DNA from: Vicinamibacterales bacterium
Lineage (GTDB): Bacteria; Acidobacteriota; Vicinamibacteria; Vicinamibacterales; 2-12-FULL-66-21
Direction of reading: 5' to 3'
DNA length: 64,000 nucleotides
NCBI GenBank assembly: GCA_035758845.1
Contig: DASTVZ010000012.1
Span: 35,097-99,096, forward strand
Shown here one piece after another: positions 11,201 through 18,956 of this stretch. The translations under genes and the position numbers were made by a program. The notes beneath the pieces were generated by a model, which made no database searches, was not told where the DNA came from, and saw only the letters and a program-made list of their open reading frames with translations. The stretch's first letter is position 1, and every line of letters starts with the position of its first letter.

Positions 11201-11623
11201 AAGCCGCTCCCGGAACGCGGCTGCCGATGGCGCGCGATCGATCGCGGCGGCCGGAACGCGCGCCCTCGCGAGCGTGCCGACGTTTGAAAGCAGACGGCGG
11301 CTGCCATCGGCATTCGTCAAAAAAGACACCAACTGCTGCACGGCAATCCGTCGATCGGCCGCAAGAGGGAATGCGGATTCGAGTGCCACTCCGAGACGCT
11401 CTGACGAGAGTGATGCGTTCAGGTTGACGACACCGTCGGCCGCTGACTCCGTGTGAGGAACACGTACGACACCTAGGTAGGTCGCGAAGAGCAGGATGGC
11501 GGCGAAAATGGAGACGGCCGCCAGCAGCAATTCCAGTGGCTCGGCGACTATCGCGCCAGCGATGGCAGGTCGAGCCCAACGGCCGGCGTCGCGATCGGCT
11601 GCAGTCTTGTACGTTACAGCCAT
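8270..11623 (-). CDS. Fused SEDS glycosyltransferase (FtsW/RodA family) and class-B PBP transpeptidase
   Basis: 1117 aa. Layout: N-terminal TM plus about 150-aa domain, then a multi-TM SEDS core (FQPIEAIRILLALFLAGYF), then a transpeptidase with STFK, SCN and KTGT motifs. Confidence 0.85.
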   Translation of the reverse strand: MAVTYKTAADRDAGRWARPAIAGAIVAEPLELLLAAVSIFAAILLFATYLGVVRVPHTESAADGVVNLNASLSSERLGVALESAFPLAADRRIAVQQLVSFLTNADGSRRLLSNVGTLARARVPAAAIDRAPSAAAFRERLAEERERAKSSRRDPPSSVSLLTSAQLSSIKPSLVVRDLSTVRRSLAIWTVLYLVGFHAVSLIWRARKLRGDRVLLIAAHLLTALGLAAMISRPDPVRDLLLFPRYVEGVLAGLVAATVLSFVNVRTSSLKALSYLPLAAVFVLSLLLLSPLGSGPVGSGAKVNLGFFQPIEAIRILLALFLAGYFSRHWELLRAVRSNQIGNVAVPSWLNLPRARYAAPVLIGVAAALTLFFGQRDLGPALMLAVVFLVVYAVARGTIGMALAGCVLLATGFYVGYQLGISATLADRVRMWQAPWDNVARGGDQIAHALWAMSTGARFGAGPGLGDTRYLPAGHTDLILASVSEELGFAGLLAVALVYAALVARAVNTARKASTDYGFFLALTLALFLVVPALLMMSGTLGIVPLTGVVTPFLSFGGSAMVANFAALGLLSSIRSDSAARADLTAFRAPVRWLNGGLAAAGIFLVTIAGLTVVGRADDLFAKPHLGLQADGLRRFQYNPRLLDVVRQIPRGSIVDRNGLAMATDDVELARKAAPAYAKLGFPVDGSCAARGARCYPLGGRAFHLLGDARTRRNWGASNTSFVERDSESALRGFDDHQTMVAIRDAAGGEATALRRDYRDLVAVFRHRFDPDYPAVKAVMNPHRQLQLTVDARLQARAAAIIAAYARRSSSGRAAAVVVDPATGDLLASVSYPWPVDGMREEGSAADEGENEALLDRARYGLYPPGSTFKLLTAAAALRREESLSSQTFTCSRLPDNRVGVKMPGFTRPIRDDVLDTHPHGTIDMHRALVVSCNAYFAQLAVKLGPQALLSVAQPAEVSLARNNSVPLIRDTLPQVGYGQGEVVASPLRMAAIAAAIAADGNLREVRVRASDTKPALHPFIPVEIARTLGSYMRDVVVDGTGRSVKTVPVPIAGKTGTAEVSGAPSHSWFVGFAPYGAATRRVAVAVILENAGYGGQGAAPAAGEIVAAAAALGLAK

Positions 11624-13644
11624 GGGATGCGGTCAACGGTCGCGCCGTCCAATGGCAAGCCTTCGAGTGGCATCTTGGGGCTGTCAGAGGTGCGGGCAGG
11701 CGGATCCGCCAGCGCAGTTCCTGGATCGACGAGTTGCTGATCCAGCTCGCGCTGGATCGACCGTTCACCAATTTGATCGAGCGATCGCTGCGTACGGCGG
11801 AGATTGGTTGCAACGCCCGGAAAACCCGGCACGCGTTCGTAGAGTCCCTGCGCCTGACGATAGGCATCAGAAGCGCGGCGCAGATACTCGGCCTCCTGCG
11901 GCATATCCGCAAGTTGCCGCGCCGTCTGCCACAGGCTGTCGCCTCGCGCCCGATACCCGTCAGCGAGCTGTGCCGTTTCGCGATCGCCGATGGTGTAGCC
12001 ACGCTTCTCGGCTTGTTTCAGCGCGTCCGACGCGCGATCGACATCCTCGAGGCCGTAGATGAAGACGCGCGCCAGCCCGAGGAACGGATCTGGCCAGTCG
12101 CGCCGCAGCTCCGCCGCTTCTCGAAATGCCGACACCGCCTCGGTGAAATGCTGATTCGCCGTTGCCGCGCGGTGGCGGAGCTTATCCGCTTCCCCATCGA
12201 TCCGATGCAGGTGCCCTTCGCAATATCGAAGTGACGCCTTTAACATTGTGCTGCCTGGGGCGAGAACGAGCGCGTGTTGCAGGCTGCGCTGCGCGATCTG
12301 CCACTGTCGCTCGCGAACCGTTGGTACGGTGCTGCGGTAGTTCGCGATCACCTGATCCGAGAGCGAGCCGACACGGCTGGTCAACGTCCGTTCGAGACCA
12401 TGAACTCCCATCCGCAGATAGCTGCGATGCGACAGGACGTCGTACTGCGACCAGATGTCTTCCATGCCCTCGAGATCGCGCGTCGCCGCCGCCGCGGCCA
12501 CGCGACTCGCTCTGAACCCCACGATGAGTTCGTTCGACACGAGCAGCAGGGCCGCGAGCATCAACGCGCTCCGTAGCCGAGTTCGCTTGACCCTCACGGG
12601 CGCAGGCATCGGCGGCTTCGCCGGCGCGGCTTGCCCGCCTGTCGTCGCCACTGCGGTCGAGGGCGGCGTTGCCCGTGGAACCGAACGATCCGTGCGGCGG
12701 GTCGCTTCCAGATCGAGACCGGCGGCGGGTCGCGTCCGCCGCGTCGGCGCTTCATCAGCGTCGGCGTGAAACGCGAAGGTAAGCGCCTCCGGATCCTGTC
12801 CGGCTCGCACTCGATCCAGGTCGGCGATCACGGCGGCTGCCGACGGATACCGATCAATCGATTGTGCCGCCAGCAGCCGTCGGACGATGGCACGTAGACC
12901 GGCAGGGCACGTATCCGGAAGCGGCCGTTGCCCGTAGCCCGCGCGAATCTCTTGTTCCAGCCGGCGTGTGTCGGAGGCATGGAACGGCAACGTGCCGCTC
13001 AAGAGTTCATAAAGAATCACGCCGAGCGCCCAGAGATCCGCTTTCGCGTCGACCTCGGTCGACTCGAGCCGTTCGGGCGACAAGTACGGCATGCTCCCGA
13101 AGTCGTTGCGCGTAACTTTGCGGCTGAGCGACAACGCCTTCGCAATCCCGAAGTCGAGGACCTTGATGTCGCCGGTTTCCGAGAGCCGGACGTTGCGTGG
13201 TTTCAAGTCGCCGTGAACGAGCGCCCAGAACTCGCGTCCGTCGATGGACGTTTTGAAACGGTGAGCCGCATCAAGAAACCGGCACAACTCTGAAGCGATC
13301 CTGGTCGCTTCAGCCGGGCTCACCGGCCCACGCGCGATCACATCCGAAAGGTTCTCGCCGTGGACGTACTCCATCGCGATGAAGTAGTACGGGGGCTCAT
13401 CGCCTTCCTCATACACGCGAGGAACCAGTCCGCATGCTTCGGCAAGCTGACCTTGCAGGCGCGCGCCCCACCGTTCGGCATCGAGAATCTCGCGCGCCTC
13501 TCGATCCTGGCCCATCGGAACCAGCTTGAGCGCAACCTGCCGCGGCTGTCGCGTATCTTGTGCGAGGAAAACCGCGGCCATCCCGCCGCGGCCAATCTCA
13601 CGCGCGATTTCATACGGTCCCACCCGCTGAAATACGGTCGTCAT
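11614..13644 (-). CDS. Ser/Thr protein kinase with TM segment and helical extracytoplasmic domain
   Basis: 676 aa with GRGGMAAV glycine loop, VALK lysine, catalytic loop HGDLKPRN and DFGIAK. One TM (ALMLAALLLV). The start overlaps the PP2C stop (ATGA). Confidence 0.9.
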   Translation of the reverse strand: MTTVFQRVGPYEIAREIGRGGMAAVFLAQDTRQPRQVALKLVPMGQDREAREILDAERWGARLQGQLAEACGLVPRVYEEGDEPPYYFIAMEYVHGENLSDVIARGPVSPAEATRIASELCRFLDAAHRFKTSIDGREFWALVHGDLKPRNVRLSETGDIKVLDFGIAKALSLSRKVTRNDFGSMPYLSPERLESTEVDAKADLWALGVILYELLSGTLPFHASDTRRLEQEIRAGYGQRPLPDTCPAGLRAIVRRLLAAQSIDRYPSAAAVIADLDRVRAGQDPEALTFAFHADADEAPTRRTRPAAGLDLEATRRTDRSVPRATPPSTAVATTGGQAAPAKPPMPAPVRVKRTRLRSALMLAALLLVSNELIVGFRASRVAAAAATRDLEGMEDIWSQYDVLSHRSYLRMGVHGLERTLTSRVGSLSDQVIANYRSTVPTVRERQWQIAQRSLQHALVLAPGSTMLKASLRYCEGHLHRIDGEADKLRHRAATANQHFTEAVSAFREAAELRRDWPDPFLGLARVFIYGLEDVDRASDALKQAEKRGYTIGDRETAQLADGYRARGDSLWQTARQLADMPQEAEYLRRASDAYRQAQGLYERVPGFPGVATNLRRTQRSLDQIGERSIQRELDQQLVDPGTALADPPARTSDSPKMPLEGLPLDGATVDRIPWL

Positions 13645-15347
13645 CGTCTGCCTCTTCCCGCACGCGCCGGCGGAGCGATCGGACGCTCCGCGGGTGCGCT
13701 GACGAACCAGTTGTCGCGAAGGATTGCCGCGCGGCCGGCGCCTGGAACAACGAGCGAGTCTGGACCGACACTGTGAAAGGTGTTGCCGGTGATCACGGGA
13801 CGCGCGGCCGCTTCGACGAGCAGCGTACCTGGCGCGCGCTCGGATCCGGCATTACGTGTAAACGTGTTGTGCGTGATCCGTGGTGAACTTCCAGCCCTGA
13901 CGACAAGAGCGGCGCCTGGATTGTCGTGGAGATCGTTGCCGAGGAGCGAGCCGCCACCGTTGCCCACATACTCCACCGCGGCGTTGCGAGCGCCGCTGAT
14001 GTCGACATCGCTCACTGTCACGGTCGAGTTGCGAATCACAATGCCGACGCCAAGTGGTGTGGCGGCGTCACCTTCGATGCGAAAACCGGAAATGTGCGCG
14101 TCGCTGACGTCGAACGCGACAACAGCCGCATCGGTTTCAGATGCGCCACCTGGCAATCGCAGCGTTGCAGCACGCGGAACCCGGCTGCTGATCCGGACGC
14201 CCGTCTTCAACCGAATCTGCTCCCGGTATTCTCCGGGTTCAACAAGGATTTCTGTTCCGGGCGCGGCGCCGATCACGGCTGCGGCAATGGATCGGCCGGG
14301 TGTCACACGGACCGGCGATGAATCAGGCGAGCTACCCGACGGTGCGCCAGCAAGCGACCACAATCGGATCAATCTGTCGAGTGGAAGGCGATGCCGCTGA
14401 CCGTAAGCGCCGATTCCCGCGACGGCAAACAGCAGAACCACCAGAACCGCAGTGCGCCATCGTCGCCGCGGTTTTTTCGTCTGAGCACTCGGAACATCGC
14501 CGGCGGGCGCCGAGGTGGCGACACGCCGATCCGACGCCGCCGCGATCGAGACCCTGCGCTGTCGCAGATCCCGGGTGTCTTCTCCTTCCGCAAAACGCGG
14601 CCCTTCTGCGTAGACAACAGTGACGTTGTCCTTGCCTCCCGCCGCATTGGCAGCATCGATGAGCGCGTGAACGATCTCGAACGGATGGCCGGCAAAATCG
14701 GAGACGATTTCAGTGATCGTCGCGGAGGTCACTTGGTCGGTCAGCCCATCGCTGCAGAGAAGCAGCGCCGCGTCGCTTTCGAGCGGCGCACGAAACACAT
14801 CGATGAACTCGGGATCATCCAGATCGTGGTGGTCGGACCCGACGTCGCGATACACCTCGTTTCGACGTGGGTGCTGCATCGCCTCGAGTTCGCTCAGTTC
14901 GCCCGCGTCTTCGCGTTCGCCCACCGGCGAGTGGTCGCGCGTCAGCTTTTCGATGCCTCCGGCGCGCAGTTTGTACAGCCGCGTATCGCCGACGTGGCCG
15001 ATTATGACGTCGCCGTTACTGACGACGGCGATGGTCAGAACACAGGCCATGCCCTGCCATTCAGCACGAAGCGACGCGAGACGATGGACTTCGTTATTGG
15101 CGAGCGCGATCGCTTCCCGGACGCGATCCTCGACCGGACCCGTCTCTCGCTCCAGGCGGGCCCTGACCGTCGCTAATGCCGTCTCGGCAGCTTTCTCCCC
15201 CGCCGCCTGGCCGCCGACGCCGTCCACGACGATGAAGATCCCGTGGGCCGCATCACAGTGGAAGCGATCCTCGTTGCCCGACCGTTGCAGCCCGGGATGG
15301 CTATCGCCGGCGGCATTAAATGTCGTGCCGGCTTGCATGAGCGGCAT
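13641..15347 (-). CDS. PP2C-family Ser/Thr phosphatase fused through a TM segment to a right-handed beta-helix (PbH1-like) domain
   Basis: 568 aa with PP2C motifs NEDRF, VVDGVGG, LLLCSDGL and GGKDNVTVV. TM segment WRTAVLVVLLFAVAGIGAY. C-terminal repeats carry N/G-rich turns. Confidence 0.85.
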   Translation of the reverse strand: MPLMQAGTTFNAAGDSHPGLQRSGNEDRFHCDAAHGIFIVVDGVGGQAAGEKAAETALATVRARLERETGPVEDRVREAIALANNEVHRLASLRAEWQGMACVLTIAVVSNGDVIIGHVGDTRLYKLRAGGIEKLTRDHSPVGEREDAGELSELEAMQHPRRNEVYRDVGSDHHDLDDPEFIDVFRAPLESDAALLLCSDGLTDQVTSATITEIVSDFAGHPFEIVHALIDAANAAGGKDNVTVVYAEGPRFAEGEDTRDLRQRRVSIAAASDRRVATSAPAGDVPSAQTKKPRRRWRTAVLVVLLFAVAGIGAYGQRHRLPLDRLIRLWSLAGAPSGSSPDSSPVRVTPGRSIAAAVIGAAPGTEILVEPGEYREQIRLKTGVRISSRVPRAATLRLPGGASETDAAVVAFDVSDAHISGFRIEGDAATPLGVGIVIRNSTVTVSDVDISGARNAAVEYVGNGGGSLLGNDLHDNPGAALVVRAGSSPRITHNTFTRNAGSERAPGTLLVEAAARPVITGNTFHSVGPDSLVVPGAGRAAILRDNWFVSAPAERPIAPPARAGRGRR

Positions 15348-15442
15348 TAGGGGTAATCAGCAGCGGCAACCCAGACCAATACGAGGGCGAGTGCCAGCAG
15401 CGCTGCCAGAATCAGAAACCGGGCGGAGAGAAGCCACGTCAT
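15347..15442 (-). CDS. Small single-pass membrane peptide (31 aa)
   Basis: Not in the ORF track. Sequence MTWLLSARFLILAALLALALVLVWVAAADYP. Its ATG overlaps the upstream FHA stop (ATGA) and its TAA overlaps the PP2C ATG (TAATG). Confidence 0.55.
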   Translation of the reverse strand: MTWLLSARFLILAALLALALVLVWVAAADYP

Positions 15443-16299
15443 GGGCGCGCAATCTCGAACTGCAGGAACACCGTATCAGCAAGGCCGATGCGCGACCCGG
15501 CTGGTAATGGACTTTCCCTGCCATTCTCGCGTTTGGTTCCGTCGGCAACCTCGAAGCCCTTCGGAACCGGCTGCCCGTTCACTGTTGTGCCGAGCGTACT
15601 CAGGTCAATGATGAAGAACGCTCCGGAGCGGGCGTCGCGCCGAATGCGGGCGTGTTCCCGCGATACATCTACAGACGAATCGATGCGCACGTCGGCTTTG
15701 TAGGCGATGCCGCCACGGCCAATCACGATCGAGTCGCGCGAGATCTCGAAGGTATGCGGACCGGAGTTGTCCTCGTATTGCAAGCGTGCATGGACGACGG
15801 TTGAAGCGGGTCCTGGCCGGCTCACCGTCTCTTCGCGCCTGGTCGTCCGCTGGCCGACGTGCACAGTCGTGATCCGTCGCGTCCGCTGACCGGCGCCCAA
15901 ATCGTCGCCGCTCGCCGGTAACATCAACTCCGAGTGGATCAGGATGTCTCCGGGGGCCAGCTCCTCGTCGGCGTCCGGGTGAAACTCGATCTGCCATTCG
16001 CGTCCGGCATTCTCGACCGGCATCGAACTGCCGGTCAGGCGATCGATATAGCGGCGATACGCAGGTGGATTGTTCAGCTTCCGCAGTTCCTCTTCGAGCG
16101 CGCGCGCCGTCTGTTCCTGCAGAATCGGAACGAGCGATTCCACGCGCGAGAACTCTTCCGGATGCAGATACACGACGAAACGGTTCGGCGCGAGCGTTGA
16201 GTACTTGAGCGGCTCGAGGTTATTCCGCATGTTCTCGAGAACGGCATCGATGAGGTCGCGCGCTGGTCGCTTCGGTGTCGTTGCGGACTGAGAGCTCAT
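15439..16299 (-). CDS. FHA-domain protein (FhaA-like)
   Basis: ORF 15439..16662 trimmed to ATG 16299 (MSSQSATTPKRPARDLIDAVLENM). C-terminal FHA motif IGRGG...VSREHARIRRD...GTTVNG. Confidence 0.8.
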   Translation of the reverse strand: MSSQSATTPKRPARDLIDAVLENMRNNLEPLKYSTLAPNRFVVYLHPEEFSRVESLVPILQEQTARALEEELRKLNNPPAYRRYIDRLTGSSMPVENAGREWQIEFHPDADEELAPGDILIHSELMLPASGDDLGAGQRTRRITTVHVGQRTTRREETVSRPGPASTVVHARLQYEDNSGPHTFEISRDSIVIGRGGIAYKADVRIDSSVDVSREHARIRRDARSGAFFIIDLSTLGTTVNGQPVPKGFEVADGTKRENGRESPLPAGSRIGLADTVFLQFEIARP

Positions 16300-16421
16300 A
16301 GACGCTGGGGGCGCTTGCGGCGCGATTCTACAGAACGAACGCGCCTGAAGACACGAAGATCGCACCCGACGTCTGACAATACGATCAGGAACTGTGCAAG
16401 TTCGAGAAATCTGGACGGAGG

Positions 16422-16775
16422 CTACTTCACGTCGGACAGAACGACCAGGATTTCCCCGGGACGAACCAGGCCGAGTTGCTGCCTGGCCACGAGCTCGAGC
16501 GTGGCGGCGTCGTGTTGCAGTCGATGGACTTCGCCGCGGAGCGCCTCGTTTTCGCGCTGCAAATCGGCGAGATGCTGCTTGACACGAAGGAGATCCTGGC
16601 GGGACCTGATGATCTGGAAGAGTCCGCGTTCCCCGAAGATGGCGTCGAGGAGCAGCACGCATCCAAGGAAGACAACCGCGAGGCGGACGTGCCGCGAACG
16701 GCGACGTCGCTTCTCAAGTGTGTTCGCCGCGGCGACATCGGCGACTGAACGCGCCTCACCGGTCATGCACTGCAC
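16422..16775 (-). CDS. ftsB: Septum formation initiator FtsB/DivIC family
   Basis: 117 aa: basic N-terminus, one TM (LAVVFLGCVLLL), a coiled coil (LADLQRENEALRGEV), then ARQQLGLVRPGE. Confidence 0.75.
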   Translation of the reverse strand: MQCMTGEARSVADVAAANTLEKRRRRSRHVRLAVVFLGCVLLLDAIFGERGLFQIIRSRQDLLRVKQHLADLQRENEALRGEVHRLQHDAATLELVARQQLGLVRPGEILVVLSDVK

Positions 16776-16848
16776 CGTACCAGACCGCGATCAGAAGTAC
16801 AAGCAAAAACTGTTATGATGAGGGTTCAGTTCTCGAGCGTTCTTCCGG

Positions 16849-16921
16849 GCCGAGGTAGCTCAGTTGGTAGAGCACACGCCTGAAAAGCGTGGTGTCGGCA
16901 GTTCAATTCTGCCCCTCGGCA
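16849..16921 (+). tRNA. tRNA-Phe (anticodon GAA)
   Basis: Manual cloverleaf. Acceptor GCCGAGG/CCTCGGC, D-arm GCTC-AGTTGGTA-GAGC, anticodon arm CACGC-CTGAAAA-GCGTG, T-arm GGCAG-TTCAATT-CTGCC, discriminator A. CCA is not encoded. Confidence 0.9.
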
Positions 16922-16944
16922 TTTCCCTTTTCCCTTTTCCCTTT

Positions 16945-17400
16945 TTACTGGCGCCAGTAATACGCGCGGCCCTGATTCCAATTGACGGCAAACAACAATC
17001 CGCCGTCCTTGGCACGATAGACGCGCGTGCCGGTCGCAGCGATACGGCTGCCATCGAGTGGGCCGCGCAGCACCTTCGGCCACCACTCGATGCGCGCCGG
17101 CACGTCGCCCGGCAGACCGTCGGCCGCAATCTCTTGCGGCTCGAGCAACGCACGAAGCATGCCTTCCTCCTCGTGGGGAAACTCGAAGAGGCCCCAGCGC
17201 TGCAACGTGCCGGGCACGTGTCCTTCGCGAATGTCGTGCGAGCTGGTGGGCAATCCTTCCGGAATCCAGCCATTCGCGATCGCCCCGGCCTGACGCGCCT
17301 CGGCGAGCGTCGCATAAGAGTTCGTTTGCGCCTTGACTCCGGCGCAGGCCGTGAGCAACGGCGCGGCAACCAGAGCCGCGCAGAGAGCGATCCGCATCAT
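16945..17400 (-). CDS. Hypothetical lipoprotein
   Basis: ORF 16945..17415 trimmed to the ATG at 17400, which overlaps the upstream stop (ATGA). Lipobox AAPLLTAC. No recognisable domain. Confidence 0.55.
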   Translation of the reverse strand: MMRIALCAALVAAPLLTACAGVKAQTNSYATLAEARQAGAIANGWIPEGLPTSSHDIREGHVPGTLQRWGLFEFPHEEEGMLRALLEPQEIAADGLPGDVPARIEWWPKVLRGPLDGSRIAATGTRVYRAKDGGLLFAVNWNQGRAYYWRQ

Positions 17401-18221
17401 GGGGCGCTGAACCATCGAGCATACAGCTCGGGTCGACGGTGCCGCATGAACAGCCGCTCGGCGTGCGATGTAGACACCTGACGCAGATCCAGATCTGCAA
17501 CGAGGGTCGCGTCCGCCAGCCGCGGCGCTCTCGCCAGCACGACACCGTCGGGGGCGCAGACGAAAGACTCACCAGCAAAGGTGAGGCAGGCCTCCGCACC
17601 GACCCGATTACACAGCGCGATGAAATAGCCGTTCTGAAACGCCGCGACGCGCATCTCCGCTTCATAGAGACCGTCTGGCCACTCGTCAATCGCACCGGCC
17701 TGCGGGACGACTACCAGCTCGGCGCCATTCAGTTTGAGCGCGCGCATGTATTCCGGATAATGGCGGTCATAACAGATCGCAACCCCAATAACGCCAGCCT
17801 TGGTCTGGTAGACAGGCGCGCCGGTATCACCTGGCGCGTAATATCCCTGCTCGTGGAAGCACGCGTAATCGGTGATATGCATCATCCGGGTCCGTCCCAG
17901 CAGCGAGCCGTCGGCATCGATCACCGGGGAACAATCGTACGCGCGCGTACCATCGCGCTCATACAAGTTGAGAACAGTCACGACGCCCAGTTCGCGTGAT
18001 CTCCGCGCGAACGCATCGGTGAGCGGACCGGGAACGGCCTCGGCAAGATCCAGCGCGCCCGCCTGCGCCGGACGCTGGGGGTGAAACGGTTCGAACGCGA
18101 GCTCAGCAAACGCAATCACAACCGCGCCGTCGCGGGCGGCGCGTTCCATCGCGTTCAGACCTCGCCTGATGTTGTCAGCCTTATCGGCGGCGGCATGCTG
18201 CTGCACGAGTGCGACGCGCAT
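17397..18221 (-). CDS. Carbon-nitrogen hydrolase (nitrilase superfamily)
   Basis: 274 aa: MRVALVQQ..., catalytic-region FAELAF, and IGVAICYDRHYPE with the Cys. Confidence 0.8.
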   Translation of the reverse strand: MRVALVQQHAAADKADNIRRGLNAMERAARDGAVVIAFAELAFEPFHPQRPAQAGALDLAEAVPGPLTDAFARRSRELGVVTVLNLYERDGTRAYDCSPVIDADGSLLGRTRMMHITDYACFHEQGYYAPGDTGAPVYQTKAGVIGVAICYDRHYPEYMRALKLNGAELVVVPQAGAIDEWPDGLYEAEMRVAAFQNGYFIALCNRVGAEACLTFAGESFVCAPDGVVLARAPRLADATLVADLDLRQVSTSHAERLFMRHRRPELYARWFSAP

Positions 18222-18244
18222 GCCGCGATCATAGTCGCGATTTC

Positions 18245-18335
18245 AGTTCCGCCTACGCCAAGGCTCCTACCTTCGCCGAGGCTCCGGTGGGCCGCCGTGC
18301 CTTGGCGGGGGCTAGCCGGCGGACCGCCGTAGCTT
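18245..18335. repeat. Partial copy of the GC-rich intergenic repeat family
   Basis: CCGCCTACGCCAAGGCTCC matches the reverse complement of the 56345-56433 element (CCGCCTACGCCGAAGGCTCC). Confidence 0.5.
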
Positions 18336-18760
18336 CAGCGAAGGCTGGTTCGATCGGTCTTGACTTTGTGGGAAGGCGGAGAGGCGACGACGACCCATTC
18401 GGCACGCCGCTCGCCGGCTGATTCACGATAGCGAACCTTCACGCGTTCACCTTTGTGTGCCGCTAACTCCGAGGCTTTGATCGTTTTGGATCCCTGACGA
18501 ATCGTCGCGTCGCTTTGCAGCAGGAATCGCTGTTTGCCGCTCGCGGTTTTTACGACGATCTCGGTTGCCTGATCGTCGATCTGATCCAGCGTACCGACCA
18601 TTGACCGTTCCGGAGGCTGTTCGGCGCCTACTCCAACATCCGCCGCCGCGCTCGCGTCTCGGGCGGGTGCTGCATGAGCTGTCAGGCTGGCGGGACGAAC
18701 TGTGGGCACCACCATCAGAACGGAACTTGTAATCGCGAGGAGGAGGATGGTCAGCCGCAC
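18335..18760 (-). CDS. Hypothetical secreted protein
   Basis: ORF 18335..19174 trimmed to GTG 18760, preceded by GGAG. Signal-like VRLTILLLAITSSVLMVV. No domain recognised and the start is uncertain. Confidence 0.4.
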   Translation of the reverse strand: MRLTILLLAITSSVLMVVPTVRPASLTAHAAPARDASAAADVGVGAEQPPERSMVGTLDQIDDQATEIVVKTASGKQRFLLQSDATIRQGSKTIKASELAAHKGERVKVRYRESAGERRAEWVVVASPPSHKVKTDRTSLR

Positions 18761-18956
18761 GGGTACTCCGCACTCGGTCTCGCGGTTCCAGCCGACGAGG
18801 GGAATCGCGGAAATAGTGCCCGTCAACGCCGCAGCTGGAGGAGTCGACCGGGGAGTCCAGCCAATCGCCACGACGCCGGCGGGCACCAATCCTGAACACA
18901 ATCCCGGTGCCAGCACGGTTGCGGCTCGATAGAATGAAACAAAGCGTCTTGTTGCA

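Noticed and set aside
18761-18956. Sigma-54 promoter for the first NtrC-type system's possible targets, including the 18335-18760 gene and the ABC-2 exporter.
   Set aside because: No sequence has GG and GC at the required -24/-12 spacing. GGTGCC...GTTGCG and TGGAAC...GACC do not fit.
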